Below, in pieces: positions 29,367-38,184 of a stretch of 64,000 bases of DNA; the first letter of the stretch is position 1; each line of letters starts with the position of its first letter. Source of the stretch: a virus; the IMG/VR virus record IMGVR_UViG_3300028030_000005, positions 33,646 to 97,645 of that record. The stretch is one strand, 5' to 3'. The translations under genes and the position numbers were made by a program. Under the pieces are notes generated by a model. That model was given only the letters and a program-made list of their open reading frames with translations. It was not told the origin of the DNA and ran no database searches.

Positions 29367-32300
29367 TAGTAAATTGTTCTAATATATTCCGCAACTTTTT
29401 TTGGACTGCGGTAGGTCTTTATTGCACTGTTGTAATGCTTTTTCATCATATTATCCACATCCTTCGGATTATTTCCGTATTTAACCAACAACTCTCTTAC
29501 CTTTGATTTATGTTGCGCCAAAACTTCATCAGATTTCTTTAAAGTTAGTTCGTGAATATTATCATCGATTTCTTTTCCTACAACATATTCCTTTCCATTA
29601 TGTTTAATAGTTTCGCCTGGTTTGTAGAGTTTTTCCTCTGTATCGGGGTCGAGAACATCGATTGTTAATTTTCCTCCATCATCAATTACGAAAGGATGTT
29701 CGTCAAACGAAGCCAGTTCGTCTTTGTATAGTTTCTTAGCGTCCGCATCGATTTTAGCTGCTTTGTCAGGATATTTTTCTTTCAGCTTTTTAATTTCTTG
29801 CTCTACTGCGTACGGAATATCGTGTTTGTCTGATGCTGCTCTATCGAGCGCAGTTTTTAACTCATTGATAGAGTATTTTGATGAGTTAGATTTCTTTTGT
29901 TTATTATTCATATGGTCAGACACAAGGTTTCTCAAGGTAGATGACTTCATTGTGTCTGTATGATACACTCCATTTTTCTTAGCATATTCTGTCAACTCAT
30001 CTCGTGACATCGATGCTGCAGTTTTCTTATCAGACTTACTCGCTTGATGATGTTGTTGAGCTTTTTGACCAGTTCCTTTGCCGTAATATTTCCAACCAGA
30101 CGATGTTTTTATGTATTGACGTCCACCAAACTTTTTAACTGTTCCGATTGGATGAATTGTTCGTGCTTTTTCGATACCGAGAAGTTCAAATGCTTTTGAG
30201 ACTTTGTCATCAAAAATATTTTCGTTGTTTATAGTTTTTGCTCGTACGAGACCTTCAACTATATCGACAACGTCATCTTTTGAAAGATTTTCGTGCCACG
30301 AACCTTCTTTGATGTTGTGTTTAGCTATCGACAAAGACAATCCTCTTATAGCAGCCGATTCTTTCGAAGGAGTCCAATTAATTGTTTTTTTGATTTTGAA
30401 ATCTCTGTTTTCTAATCCAGCATCTTTTAATGAATCGACTACGCTTTTGATTTCGTCGTCAGAATAGTCACCTACCCAGTCTCTTACCAGATTAAATAAT
30501 TTTGGAGATTTCTTGCCTTTCTTTTCGTTAATTTTTTTATCCCACTCATCATCTTTATAACCATAATTAAATTTTGACTTCAATTGCTCGACTAAATCTT
30601 TATAAAGTTCGTGATGGTCAGTGTTGTTTTTGTCAAGACCTTCAATTGCTTCAATGAGTTTTTTGGATTTTGGATTGTCGAGAATGTCTGTGAATGAAGG
30701 TTTTTTATCTCCCATTTTTGGTTCCTTTCCTCCTCCACCAACTCCGTGTTGAGATGGTTTTTTGTTAGAATCTTTTTTAGCTAAAAATTGTTGGTTCGGT
30801 GTGAATTTACCGATTATTTGCCCTCCTTGTTTTTCGAACTGACTTACTCGATTATTTGTTGTTCTGATGAATTTGCCTTGATATTTTACTACTGAATAAT
30901 TTTCTGGCTTATTCAGTTTCCCAGCAGGATTCGTAGCTCTTTCTTTTGATGCGTAAATTGCATCACCATAAGACGATTTCGGTTCTATTGTTTTAGAACT
31001 TACTTTTGAACTACCATCCTTGACCGGTTTCCATTTACCGTCACCTTGTTTTTGGTATTTCTTTCCTTTCCATTGACGGATTGTTCCGACTGGATATGCT
31101 TTAATAAGGGTTTCCTCTGCTGTGAAGGTTTTAATTGCTTTTTCGATATTAGATTCTTTTAACTTCGCAACTAATCCTGAATCCGGATTGGCGATATAGA
31201 CATTGCCATCAGAAGCTAAATATATTGCAGTATCATCATCGAATCCCGTTACATCAAGTCTTTTAGCGTCTCCATTCAACACTTCATCTTGAATTTTACC
31301 ATCAACCTTATCGTTGGTAGTGTAGTCGTTTATAACGTCGTCGTAATCAAGTGAGCCATCAGACATCATATCCTCTATTTCATCAATAGTATTTTGTATT
31401 CCTGGAGACGGTTTGTTGGGCTGCTTTTTAGCTGCTTTTTGACTGTCTGAATTCCCGATAATTTTGTCAATTTTTTTATGAGTTCTGTCAAGATTTCCTC
31501 CATATTCATATCCCCAAAACATTGGATGTGGGTATTTTCCTGCCCCGATTTTCTTTGTAATTTGACTTATTTTACTATGTGCACTATTTACTTGCTTGAC
31601 CATTTTATTATGTTGGTCCATATCATTCCATTTCGCTTTACGATATTTTTCTACAAATTCCTCTTCGAGTTTATGGTACTTGTCGAGAAGTGGTTTTAAT
31701 TGTTTTAAGGAATCAGCAGACCTTCCGTTTTGCTTAACGTCTCTAAGAATGTTTTGTAAATCTTTTCCTAATTGAGTCCCTTCTTTAATATAGTCTTTAA
31801 TATCGTCAGCAGTAATAGGATTTCCGTCGGGACCTTTACCAATCACGTTTTCATCGCCTCCCTTATCCCAAAACTTACTGTCTGATTTCTTTTGAACACC
31901 AGCATCTACGAGCTTTTGATGAGTTTCGTCAAGTATTTTTGCAGCTTGTTGCATTGCTTTTTCATCTTTATCTGCATTCGCAACGTTCCATTTTCTTTTA
32001 GCTCGTACGAACTTTTCTTTTAATCCTTCAACTTCAGCAGCTTTCTTTTCATCAACGTTCTCAGTTTCTTTTGGAACGTGCTTGTCGAGATATTCTTTTG
32101 ACGTCTTGTTTAATTCTTTCTCACCGTCTTTAATTGTTTTCGAACGCTCATCGTCTTTACCGAGTTTATCAAAATCGACATCATCTTTACCAGCTGTGCT
32201 GTGTTGATGTTCGACTAATTTATTTACCACATCTTGTGGTACCTTATCTTGTGCTGCAGGATGTAATTCATTATAGATTTCGTGAGCTGCATCAATATCT

Positions 32301-32605
32301 CCAGATTGAAGTTTTTGTTTTAATAACGTTAGTTGAGCGATGTCTTGTTTTGTTACACTCGGTTGATTGTCGTCGCTGCCGCCAGGCTGCTTCCCGGTTT
32401 CATCGTCCGTTTTCTTTTCTTTCGGGTCAGTAACTGGTATCCATTTGCCACCGGTTTTTTTATATTTTTTACCATTCCATTCACGAATTTCTCCTTCTTG
32501 TCCGAGCTTACCTCCTTTCTCAATGGTATCTGACGTTGGCAAAACAATGCTATTTGCAATGTTTTTGATTATTTGTTTACGTTTGTTGATAATGTTGAAA
32601 TCCAT
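29366..32605 (-). CDS. Large Lys-rich putative internal head polyprotein with three copies of the K|A/G-P(I/V)GT...G(K)W motif
   Basis: IEKGGKLGQEGEIREWNGKKYKKTGGKWIPV; LIKAYPVGTIRQWKGKKYQKQGDGKWKPV; IEKARTIHPIGTVKKFGGRQYIKTSSGWKY. Confidence 0.6.
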   Translation of the reverse strand: MDFNIINKRKQIIKNIANSIVLPTSDTIEKGGKLGQEGEIREWNGKKYKKTGGKWIPVTDPKEKKTDDETGKQPGGSDDNQPSVTKQDIAQLTLLKQKLQSGDIDAAHEIYNELHPAAQDKVPQDVVNKLVEHQHSTAGKDDVDFDKLGKDDERSKTIKDGEKELNKTSKEYLDKHVPKETENVDEKKAAEVEGLKEKFVRAKRKWNVANADKDEKAMQQAAKILDETHQKLVDAGVQKKSDSKFWDKGGDENVIGKGPDGNPITADDIKDYIKEGTQLGKDLQNILRDVKQNGRSADSLKQLKPLLDKYHKLEEEFVEKYRKAKWNDMDQHNKMVKQVNSAHSKISQITKKIGAGKYPHPMFWGYEYGGNLDRTHKKIDKIIGNSDSQKAAKKQPNKPSPGIQNTIDEIEDMMSDGSLDYDDVINDYTTNDKVDGKIQDEVLNGDAKRLDVTGFDDDTAIYLASDGNVYIANPDSGLVAKLKESNIEKAIKTFTAEETLIKAYPVGTIRQWKGKKYQKQGDGKWKPVKDGSSKVSSKTIEPKSSYGDAIYASKERATNPAGKLNKPENYSVVKYQGKFIRTTNNRVSQFEKQGGQIIGKFTPNQQFLAKKDSNKKPSQHGVGGGGKEPKMGDKKPSFTDILDNPKSKKLIEAIEGLDKNNTDHHELYKDLVEQLKSKFNYGYKDDEWDKKINEKKGKKSPKLFNLVRDWVGDYSDDEIKSVVDSLKDAGLENRDFKIKKTINWTPSKESAAIRGLSLSIAKHNIKEGSWHENLSKDDVVDIVEGLVRAKTINNENIFDDKVSKAFELLGIEKARTIHPIGTVKKFGGRQYIKTSSGWKYYGKGTGQKAQQHHQASKSDKKTAASMSRDELTEYAKKNGVYHTDTMKSSTLRNLVSDHMNNKQKKSNSSKYSINELKTALDRAASDKHDIPYAVEQEIKKLKEKYPDKAAKIDADAKKLYKDELASFDEHPFVIDDGGKLTIDVLDPDTEEKLYKPGETIKHNGKEYVVGKEIDDNIHELTLKKSDEVLAQHKSKVRELLVKYGNNPKDVDNMMKKHYNSAIKTYRSPKKVAEYIRTIY

Positions 32606-32610
32606 AATCT

Positions 32611-32757
32611 TTATTTTGATACTTGACGTTTTAATGTTTTAGTTAAATCTGTAATCGCTACTTTTAGCATTTGTTCGTATTGTTTTTTAAAATGATTTTC
32701 ATACTCGATTATCACTTTAAATCTCGGTGGGTCTTTGTATTGTTTTTTCTTTGCCAT
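32611..32757 (-). CDS. Small basic protein (48 aa)
   Basis: Hand-read ORF MAKKKQYKDPPRFKVII... fills the gap. Confidence 0.45.
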   Translation of the reverse strand: MAKKKQYKDPPRFKVIIEYENHFKKQYEQMLKVAITDLTKTLKRQVSK

Positions 32758-32758
32758 A

Positions 32759-33502
32759 TTACCATCTTTTCATTGCACCGACTAATATTCGACCTTGCGT
32801 ATCTATCGATGAGCCAAATTGCAGGTTTTTATATTGAGCTGCAAAATCAGCTTGAATCAGATACTGTTTATTGAAAATGTCTTTTCCTACTTTTGCTCCA
32901 TACCAGAATGACCATTTTCGTTGTTTTGGTTGGTTAATCGACAATGAACTCACATTGAGTTTATCTACAACTAACCAGTCAGGTCCTGATAAATTTGCTT
33001 CGTACAGCCCTGGTTTTTTCTCACTTATCGTTATATCAATAGGTAACTTGCCAAATTGCCAGTCACCTATTCTATTTCCGCTTTGTAATATCGTGCTTTT
33101 ATACCGGATAAACCAATTTTTCTCGTCAGGATACGAGTCTGTAAAGCTACCGTCTGTATTGACGTACACCGTATCGACCTTTGGTTTGAAGCTGTGTTGT
33201 GAGTTGATGATGCTTATCAGTTGACGATTTTGACTTCTCAGTTGGTCATATAGCTGTTGATTTTGTAGTTGTAATACTTGAAACAGCTGTTTTTGACTTG
33301 TATATAGGTCGTTTACTAACTTACTATATTGACCATCTGCTGTTTTTGTTAAACTGTCGTGCTCTATCTCATTTCGTTTATTTTTAGTTTGTTCGTCTTG
33401 TAGTTTTTTAATCGTATAACCTTGATAAATCGAATTTGCGGCAATAACTAACAAAAGTAATGCTAATACATAACTAATGATATTTTGCTTCGTTATATGC
33501 AT
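32759..33502 (-). CDS. Membrane-anchored coiled-coil protein, possible spanin-like
   Basis: N-terminal TM helix, Gln-rich coiled coil, C-terminal amphipathic beta-strands ending in W. Confidence 0.45.
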   Translation of the reverse strand: MHITKQNIISYVLALLLLVIAANSIYQGYTIKKLQDEQTKNKRNEIEHDSLTKTADGQYSKLVNDLYTSQKQLFQVLQLQNQQLYDQLRSQNRQLISIINSQHSFKPKVDTVYVNTDGSFTDSYPDEKNWFIRYKSTILQSGNRIGDWQFGKLPIDITISEKKPGLYEANLSGPDWLVVDKLNVSSLSINQPKQRKWSFWYGAKVGKDIFNKQYLIQADFAAQYKNLQFGSSIDTQGRILVGAMKRW

Positions 33503-35214
33503 TATTTTTCAAATAAAATTTTTAGCGCATCTTTCATCATTGGATTGTCTGAGTATTCTGTTGCTGATAATGCTTTTTCAACCTTATCGTCTGTATCTAA
33601 TGTGTCCCAGAAATCGTCGTCTGACATAGATTCTTGCTCGTCTTGCATAACTTCACCGTTTTCGTCTTGTTCTCCTGCCATTTGAGCTTGTTGATATACT
33701 TGTATCCATTGTGGATTCAAAATCAAATCATCGTCTGGTAATTCGTCTGGTAATCCGTGTTTTCTACGAGCTTCTTTGTATCCCATAAACGAACTAACTT
33801 TACTGATATCCAAATCAACTTCAGATTTTTCATCATCAACATCAACACCAACAAAAGCAAACTCAAAATTCTCATCAATTGGATTGACCAGCCATTTGTT
33901 TATCCAAAACTCAATTGAGTGTAATAATGGTCGTAATCCTTTGTCTTTTGAGTATTTTAACTGCTGTTCGTTATTTGATTCGAATAAAGCTCCTCCTCCA
34001 GATGCATTCCCCAGGTTAAATCCTATTTCCTCCGGTGAGATTTTAAAGATTGCACACGCTACTTTGATTAGATACTCCTGCCACTTTGCAAATTGCATAT
34101 CAGTGTTGTTTTTTTGCAAGTCTATCCATTCCATCTTTTCGCTTTCAATCATTGGAATTTTCCACGCATTCTCAACACCAGCAACCATCGCTGCCCATTG
34201 TTGTCTAAATTCTGCAAGTCTATTTCGATTAATTCCTTTCGAAACTTTGAGTAATCCTTTCGGACTACTACCTTGAGAAAAGAACTTTCCGTTATAAGCA
34301 TCTGAATATAACATCCACGTAATGATGCTTATCAACTCCTCTACTTCTGACTTGCCATATCCGTTTGCACGAATATCTGTTGTTTGATTGCGTACTCCAA
34401 AACACAACTCCCACGGATAAAATTCACTTCTGATTACACCATCTATCACTTGAACGTAGCTCGGATAATACCCGTGTTTTTTCTCTCGATTGATACTTGT
34501 ATTCGGGTTATTTTCATATTCATCGTCGTCCCAACTATCTGCAATGCGGAATGTAGCTCCATCAACAGCAAGATATTCAACTGGAATCCCTGCTCTGTTG
34601 CGAACTACTTCAAACGTTGCTTGGTCGAGCGTTAATGCATCGTCAACGATTTTCTTTAAGAAGCTATCAAACGTATCACCGTGCCAACTATTCGCTTTGT
34701 CACCTCCGTTGAGCAAGAAATCAGTTATTTGTTTGATTTTTTGCTTATCGGTAGATGTTAATTCTACTTCGTCGCTTGTATAGTATTCTTGCTTTTTGCG
34801 AATAACAAATCCTGTTTCATATTTGTTTTTTTGTGGACGAGCAAATGCTGCTACTTGTGCTTGACGCGTTGTGATTATCGCTTTTATAATTGGAGTTTTT
34901 GCCATTCGACGTAATGTTGTGAATGACAAAGAAAATGATTTATGTTTATATCCTACTGCATCGTTCCATTGATTCGGGTCTATCAACTCTGATTTAAGTC
35001 CGGATGATTGTCTTGACTGTATGTCTTGCCAGTATGATTGTGCTTTCAAAAGAATGTCAGGATTGTCACTTTGAAATGCTTTTTCTAATATTTGACCAGT
35101 CTGTATATCAAGTTGATGACGTTGTTGTTGTAATTTATCGAGCTCTGTCGATACATCACTTTTAACGTCATCGCTTTGTCCAGCCGTTGATGTGATTACG
35201 TAGTTGAAATACAT
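33502..35214 (-). CDS. Portal protein
   Basis: AIITTRQAQV, DALTLDQ, AVDGATFR, GYGKSEVE, FFSQGSSPKG, DMQF, SPEEIGF, SKDKGLRPLL: Herelleviridae-type portal. Confidence 0.92.
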   Translation of the reverse strand: MYFNYVITSTAGQSDDVKSDVSTELDKLQQQRHQLDIQTGQILEKAFQSDNPDILLKAQSYWQDIQSRQSSGLKSELIDPNQWNDAVGYKHKSFSLSFTTLRRMAKTPIIKAIITTRQAQVAAFARPQKNKYETGFVIRKKQEYYTSDEVELTSTDKQKIKQITDFLLNGGDKANSWHGDTFDSFLKKIVDDALTLDQATFEVVRNRAGIPVEYLAVDGATFRIADSWDDDEYENNPNTSINREKKHGYYPSYVQVIDGVIRSEFYPWELCFGVRNQTTDIRANGYGKSEVEELISIITWMLYSDAYNGKFFSQGSSPKGLLKVSKGINRNRLAEFRQQWAAMVAGVENAWKIPMIESEKMEWIDLQKNNTDMQFAKWQEYLIKVACAIFKISPEEIGFNLGNASGGGALFESNNEQQLKYSKDKGLRPLLHSIEFWINKWLVNPIDENFEFAFVGVDVDDEKSEVDLDISKVSSFMGYKEARRKHGLPDELPDDDLILNPQWIQVYQQAQMAGEQDENGEVMQDEQESMSDDDFWDTLDTDDKVEKALSATEYSDNPMMKDALKILFEK

Positions 35215-35215
35215 A

Positions 35216-35716
35216 TTATAGTCCGAGTACAGTTGCTTGTCTGATTGTTAATTGATAGGATTTTGAGTCGTTGATTCCTCTTATCAACGTATCCAACTCA
35301 ATGAGCTGTTTTTGACGGTCAATTATTCTACGAACAATCTGGTCGTGTTCTCGCATACATTGAGTTTGTTGTTTATCTTGTTGAGTTGGTAGAGACGATA
35401 TTGATTCGCTATCAGCAATCACTTCTGACGATTTTCCGTATATAGCAATGGTTAGCGACATTCTATCGTCATACGGCTCTAACCAATATGTAGGAATAGA
35501 TTCTGTTGGTTTTTGTCCACATTGAGCTATCTTTTGTTCAAGTTGAGTTGTAAATCTACTTATCTCTACTTTGATATCTGCAACGTTTTCTTGTAACCTT
35601 TGTTTTATCTGTTTTCCAGACTTTTTTAGAAAAATCTTATTATCTCCGTATTGAAAGGAGTCGATGATATTACTTTTGATAATTTCATCTCGTTTTTTAG
35701 CGTTTGGAAATTGCAT
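35216..35716 (-). CDS. Hypothetical coiled-coil protein, possible head protein (IIK|S)
   Basis: 166 aa upstream of portal; EIIKSNI resembles IVKSNI in the leader of 26641-27663. Confidence 0.5.
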   Translation of the reverse strand: MQFPNAKKRDEIIKSNIIDSFQYGDNKIFLKKSGKQIKQRLQENVADIKVEISRFTTQLEQKIAQCGQKPTESIPTYWLEPYDDRMSLTIAIYGKSSEVIADSESISSLPTQQDKQQTQCMREHDQIVRRIIDRQKQLIELDTLIRGINDSKSYQLTIRQATVLGL

Positions 35717-35749
35717 CGATGTAATTTTTGTATAAAGATACTAATTTTT

Positions 35750-36103
35750 CTAATAACCTGCCACCGACGAGATGATTGGTTTGTTCTCGTCTTTATCCCA
35801 TAGAATTTTCTTAGTTTGACGTGTGATGCGTTGGATTGTATTTACTTTACGAGCTAACTTGCTATCAAACACAGCATATATTTGCCATTGTTTGTATTTA
35901 CCGTTTAGTAATTCAACTAATGCTTGTCGTATGTTGGTTGGTGCTGAATTATCATAAGTTACGGTAAGGTCGTGTAGTGTATATTTAACATCAGACACAG
36001 CTACTTGTACAATTACATTTCCTTCATTATCTACTATATTATATAGTGTTGATTTCGATTTCTTTCCAGATACTACATCAAATGCTATTGCTGTTAGATT
36101 CAT
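35750..36103 (-). CDS. Hypothetical protein
   Basis: 117-aa ORF. Confidence 0.55.
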   Translation of the reverse strand: MNLTAIAFDVVSGKKSKSTLYNIVDNEGNVIVQVAVSDVKYTLHDLTVTYDNSAPTNIRQALVELLNGKYKQWQIYAVFDSKLARKVNTIQRITRQTKKILWDKDENKPIISSVAGY

Positions 36104-36419
36104 TGATTATTTGTTTTGCAAGTTTTGTGAATTTCTTTTTAGCGTTTTTCATATTTAACGCTTGAACGTATAGCATTTTCGGGTCATAAGTTACTTTATG
36201 ACTGACCTTTCTCGTCCCCTTATCAAAATCTGGTTTGACGACAGTTTCGTCGAACTCTACTTTCGATATTCTACCAGTCTCAATGCTCATCTGAAACAAC
36301 GTTAGTCCCTTACGTAATCGTATAGACCCTATGTGCTTTTGTTGCTTCTTTTGTTCTGCTTTTTTAACAAATTCGGTCGGCGTTTTTTCATCGACCACTT
36401 TTACTCCGAGTTGTTTCAT
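36078..36419 (-). CDS. Hypothetical basic protein
   Basis: 113-aa ORF preceded by promoter variant at 36432-36464. Confidence 0.6.
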   Translation of the reverse strand: MKQLGVKVVDEKTPTEFVKKAEQKKQQKHIGSIRLRKGLTLFQMSIETGRISKVEFDETVVKPDFDKGTRKVSHKVTYDPKMLYVQALNMKNAKKKFTKLAKQIINESNSNSI

Positions 36420-36464
36420 AAGATATTTTTTCTAAACATACTCAATCGTTATCTTTTTTGCAAC

Positions 36465-36494
36465 AAAAAACCTTACAAATTTTCATCTGTAAGG
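36465..36494 (-). terminator. Rho-independent terminator
   Basis: ccttaca/tgtaagg stem followed by T6 on the minus strand. Confidence 0.6.
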
Positions 36495-36528
36495 CTCTTG
36501 TTAACCAAAAAATAATAATTATGAAAAA

Positions 36529-36861
36529 CTATTTACTTTCCTGATGACGTTTGATTGTCATTTCTCTTAATTCTGCTACTTGTTTTGGAACTTTAACAAC
36601 GTCTCCTACTTTTTTACCTTGACGCTTCAATTCTCCAACAGCATCGAGCTCAAAATCCAACTCAGTTAATTTGATTTCGACTAACTCTTGTGATGTTATT
36701 TTCTTGTTGAGTAGGTCGTTTTTTGTTGCTTCAAGCATTCCGACAATATAGACATCATCAACAGGTTGTCTTGTATTGATTCCTATTGTCATTTCTCCAG
36801 TTTTCTTTTGAGTGATTACTATCTTTATCACTTCATCTTGTGCTAATTCTACTTTTGACAT
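36529..36861 (-). CDS. Hypothetical protein
   Basis: 110-aa ORF with its own TTG-N20-TATATTTA box at about 36884-36914. Confidence 0.6.
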   Translation of the reverse strand: MSKVELAQDEVIKIVITQKKTGEMTIGINTRQPVDDVYIVGMLEATKNDLLNKKITSQELVEIKLTELDFELDAVGELKRQGKKVGDVVKVPKQVAELREMTIKRHQESK

Positions 36862-36914
36862 ATTTACAGTTTTTAAATTTTGTTAAATATACAACTTTAA
36901 TATGTTTTACACAA

Positions 36915-36940
36915 CAAAAAATCCCCACCGAAGTGGGGAT
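36915..36940 (-). terminator. Rho-independent terminator with UUCG loop
   Basis: Minus strand ATCCCCAC-TTCG-GTGGGGAT-TTTTT. Confidence 0.85.
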
Positions 36941-36948
36941 AAGTTCTC

Positions 36949-37053
36949 ATATAGGTGCCTTTTAACGCTCCACGAATCCTTACGAACTCATATAGGTGCC
37001 TTTTAACGCTCCACAATCCCGAAGGATTATATAGGTGCCTTTTAACGCTCCAC
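36949..37053 (-). repeat. Three identical 25-nt direct repeats separated by tetraloop hairpin spacers (putative ncRNA)
   Basis: ATATAGGTGCCTTTTAACGCTCCAC at 36949-36973, 36990-37014 and 37029-37053; spacers of 16 and 14 nt. Confidence 0.95.
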
Positions 37054-37063
37054 GAGAGATGTC

Positions 37064-37762
37064 TTAAATAGGTTTATATGATATTGTTTTTGCACCGCCC
37101 TGGCCTATATTATGTAATCCAAACATCCAAAATTTATATAGGTGGTCTGTTGTGTAAATTTGTTTTTGAGTTGCTTTATCTATTGCAACGATTCGTAATG
37201 CAAATCGTTGTCCTTGATAGATTTTCGTGTTTCCTTCGTCTATATAATAATTTCCTCGCTCTCCTTTCATTGAAGGGAAGTCGTCTTTAAAATATTTTTC
37301 TTGATGAAAATCGAATGAAAATGACGCCGACGGAATGTTGAATTTATTTGGTCTTTGTGCTACACTTGCTACGTTTGTGTCGTGTTTCCATCCTGCACGT
37401 CTTTGTCTATCGTTTTTTACTCCTAAATACTCATATCGTCTCCACCTATCAACAGCAATCTTAATATCTATGTCGTCTGATTTCAATTTTTTGACGATAT
37501 CGAAATTTTTAATCAATAAAGAAGGTAATAGTAAGTTAATTTCAGGAGTGCTTTCGAGTTCTTTGTAATTTTCTTTACTCCACTTCATTTCAATCTCAAT
37601 ATCGTTCAACTGCTCATACATTCCTCCTGATATACTATCAATGATGTAATTTAAAGCACGTTCGTTGTTTTCAGACAATTCTTGTGTTGTTGCTGCCGTT
37701 ATTGACGAAATTGCTGATATCGTATCGGTTATCTTTTTTATCAATTGCTTATCTGCCATCAA
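37064..37762 (-). CDS. Hypothetical (possibly virion) protein
   Basis: 232-aa ORF. Confidence 0.6.
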   Translation of the reverse strand: MMADKQLIKKITDTISAISSITAATTQELSENNERALNYIIDSISGGMYEQLNDIEIEMKWSKENYKELESTPEINLLLPSLLIKNFDIVKKLKSDDIDIKIAVDRWRRYEYLGVKNDRQRRAGWKHDTNVASVAQRPNKFNIPSASFSFDFHQEKYFKDDFPSMKGERGNYYIDEGNTKIYQGQRFALRIVAIDKATQKQIYTTDHLYKFWMFGLHNIGQGGAKTISYKPI

Positions 37763-37763
37763 A

Positions 37764-38141
37764 TTATCGTTTTACTACTACAATTATTTGAACCTTTCCT
37801 TGAGTTGACCAGTTGACATTTGAAATGTCTAATAACAAATATCGTCCTGTAATATCGTTACCCAAATCATATTTTGCAGACATATTATCTGACATTGTGA
37901 TTGTACTGGTCGCAGATACCTGGTCTGCTTGTCCGAGAATATTGCTCTGTTTTATCACAATTTGTCCTGATTGTCCAGAAGTTGCTTGTGGAAGTACTTG
38001 AACAGATGCTTTGCTAAATCCTAACATATCTACAAACAATTCTCCTCCTGCAAATCCGTCAGTCAAGTCGATATCAAATATCACTTGTTTTGCAACATTA
38101 GTATCGTGATGATGTATTTTGTGTTTTTTTATGGAACCCAT
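37764..38141 (-). CDS. Small beta-rich protein, possible decoration/structural protein
   Basis: 125 aa; alternating beta pattern ASVQV...GQIVIKQSN...GRYLLL. Confidence 0.5.
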   Translation of the reverse strand: MGSIKKHKIHHHDTNVAKQVIFDIDLTDGFAGGELFVDMLGFSKASVQVLPQATSGQSGQIVIKQSNILGQADQVSATSTITMSDNMSAKYDLGNDITGRYLLLDISNVNWSTQGKVQIIVVVKR

Positions 38142-38184
38142 TGTGATTGATTAATGATGTAAATATCTGTCTTTTTTTTCAAAT

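Noticed and set aside
36529-36861. ToxN-like toxin of a type III TA system downstream of the repeats
   Set aside because: The 110-aa ORF shows no ToxN/AbiQ/CptN motifs that I recognise, and it has its own promoter after the terminator
36949-37053. CRISPR mini-array
   Set aside because: Spacers are only 14-16 nt and are self-complementary hairpins; no cas genes in the window. Kept as a non-CRISPR repeat RNA.
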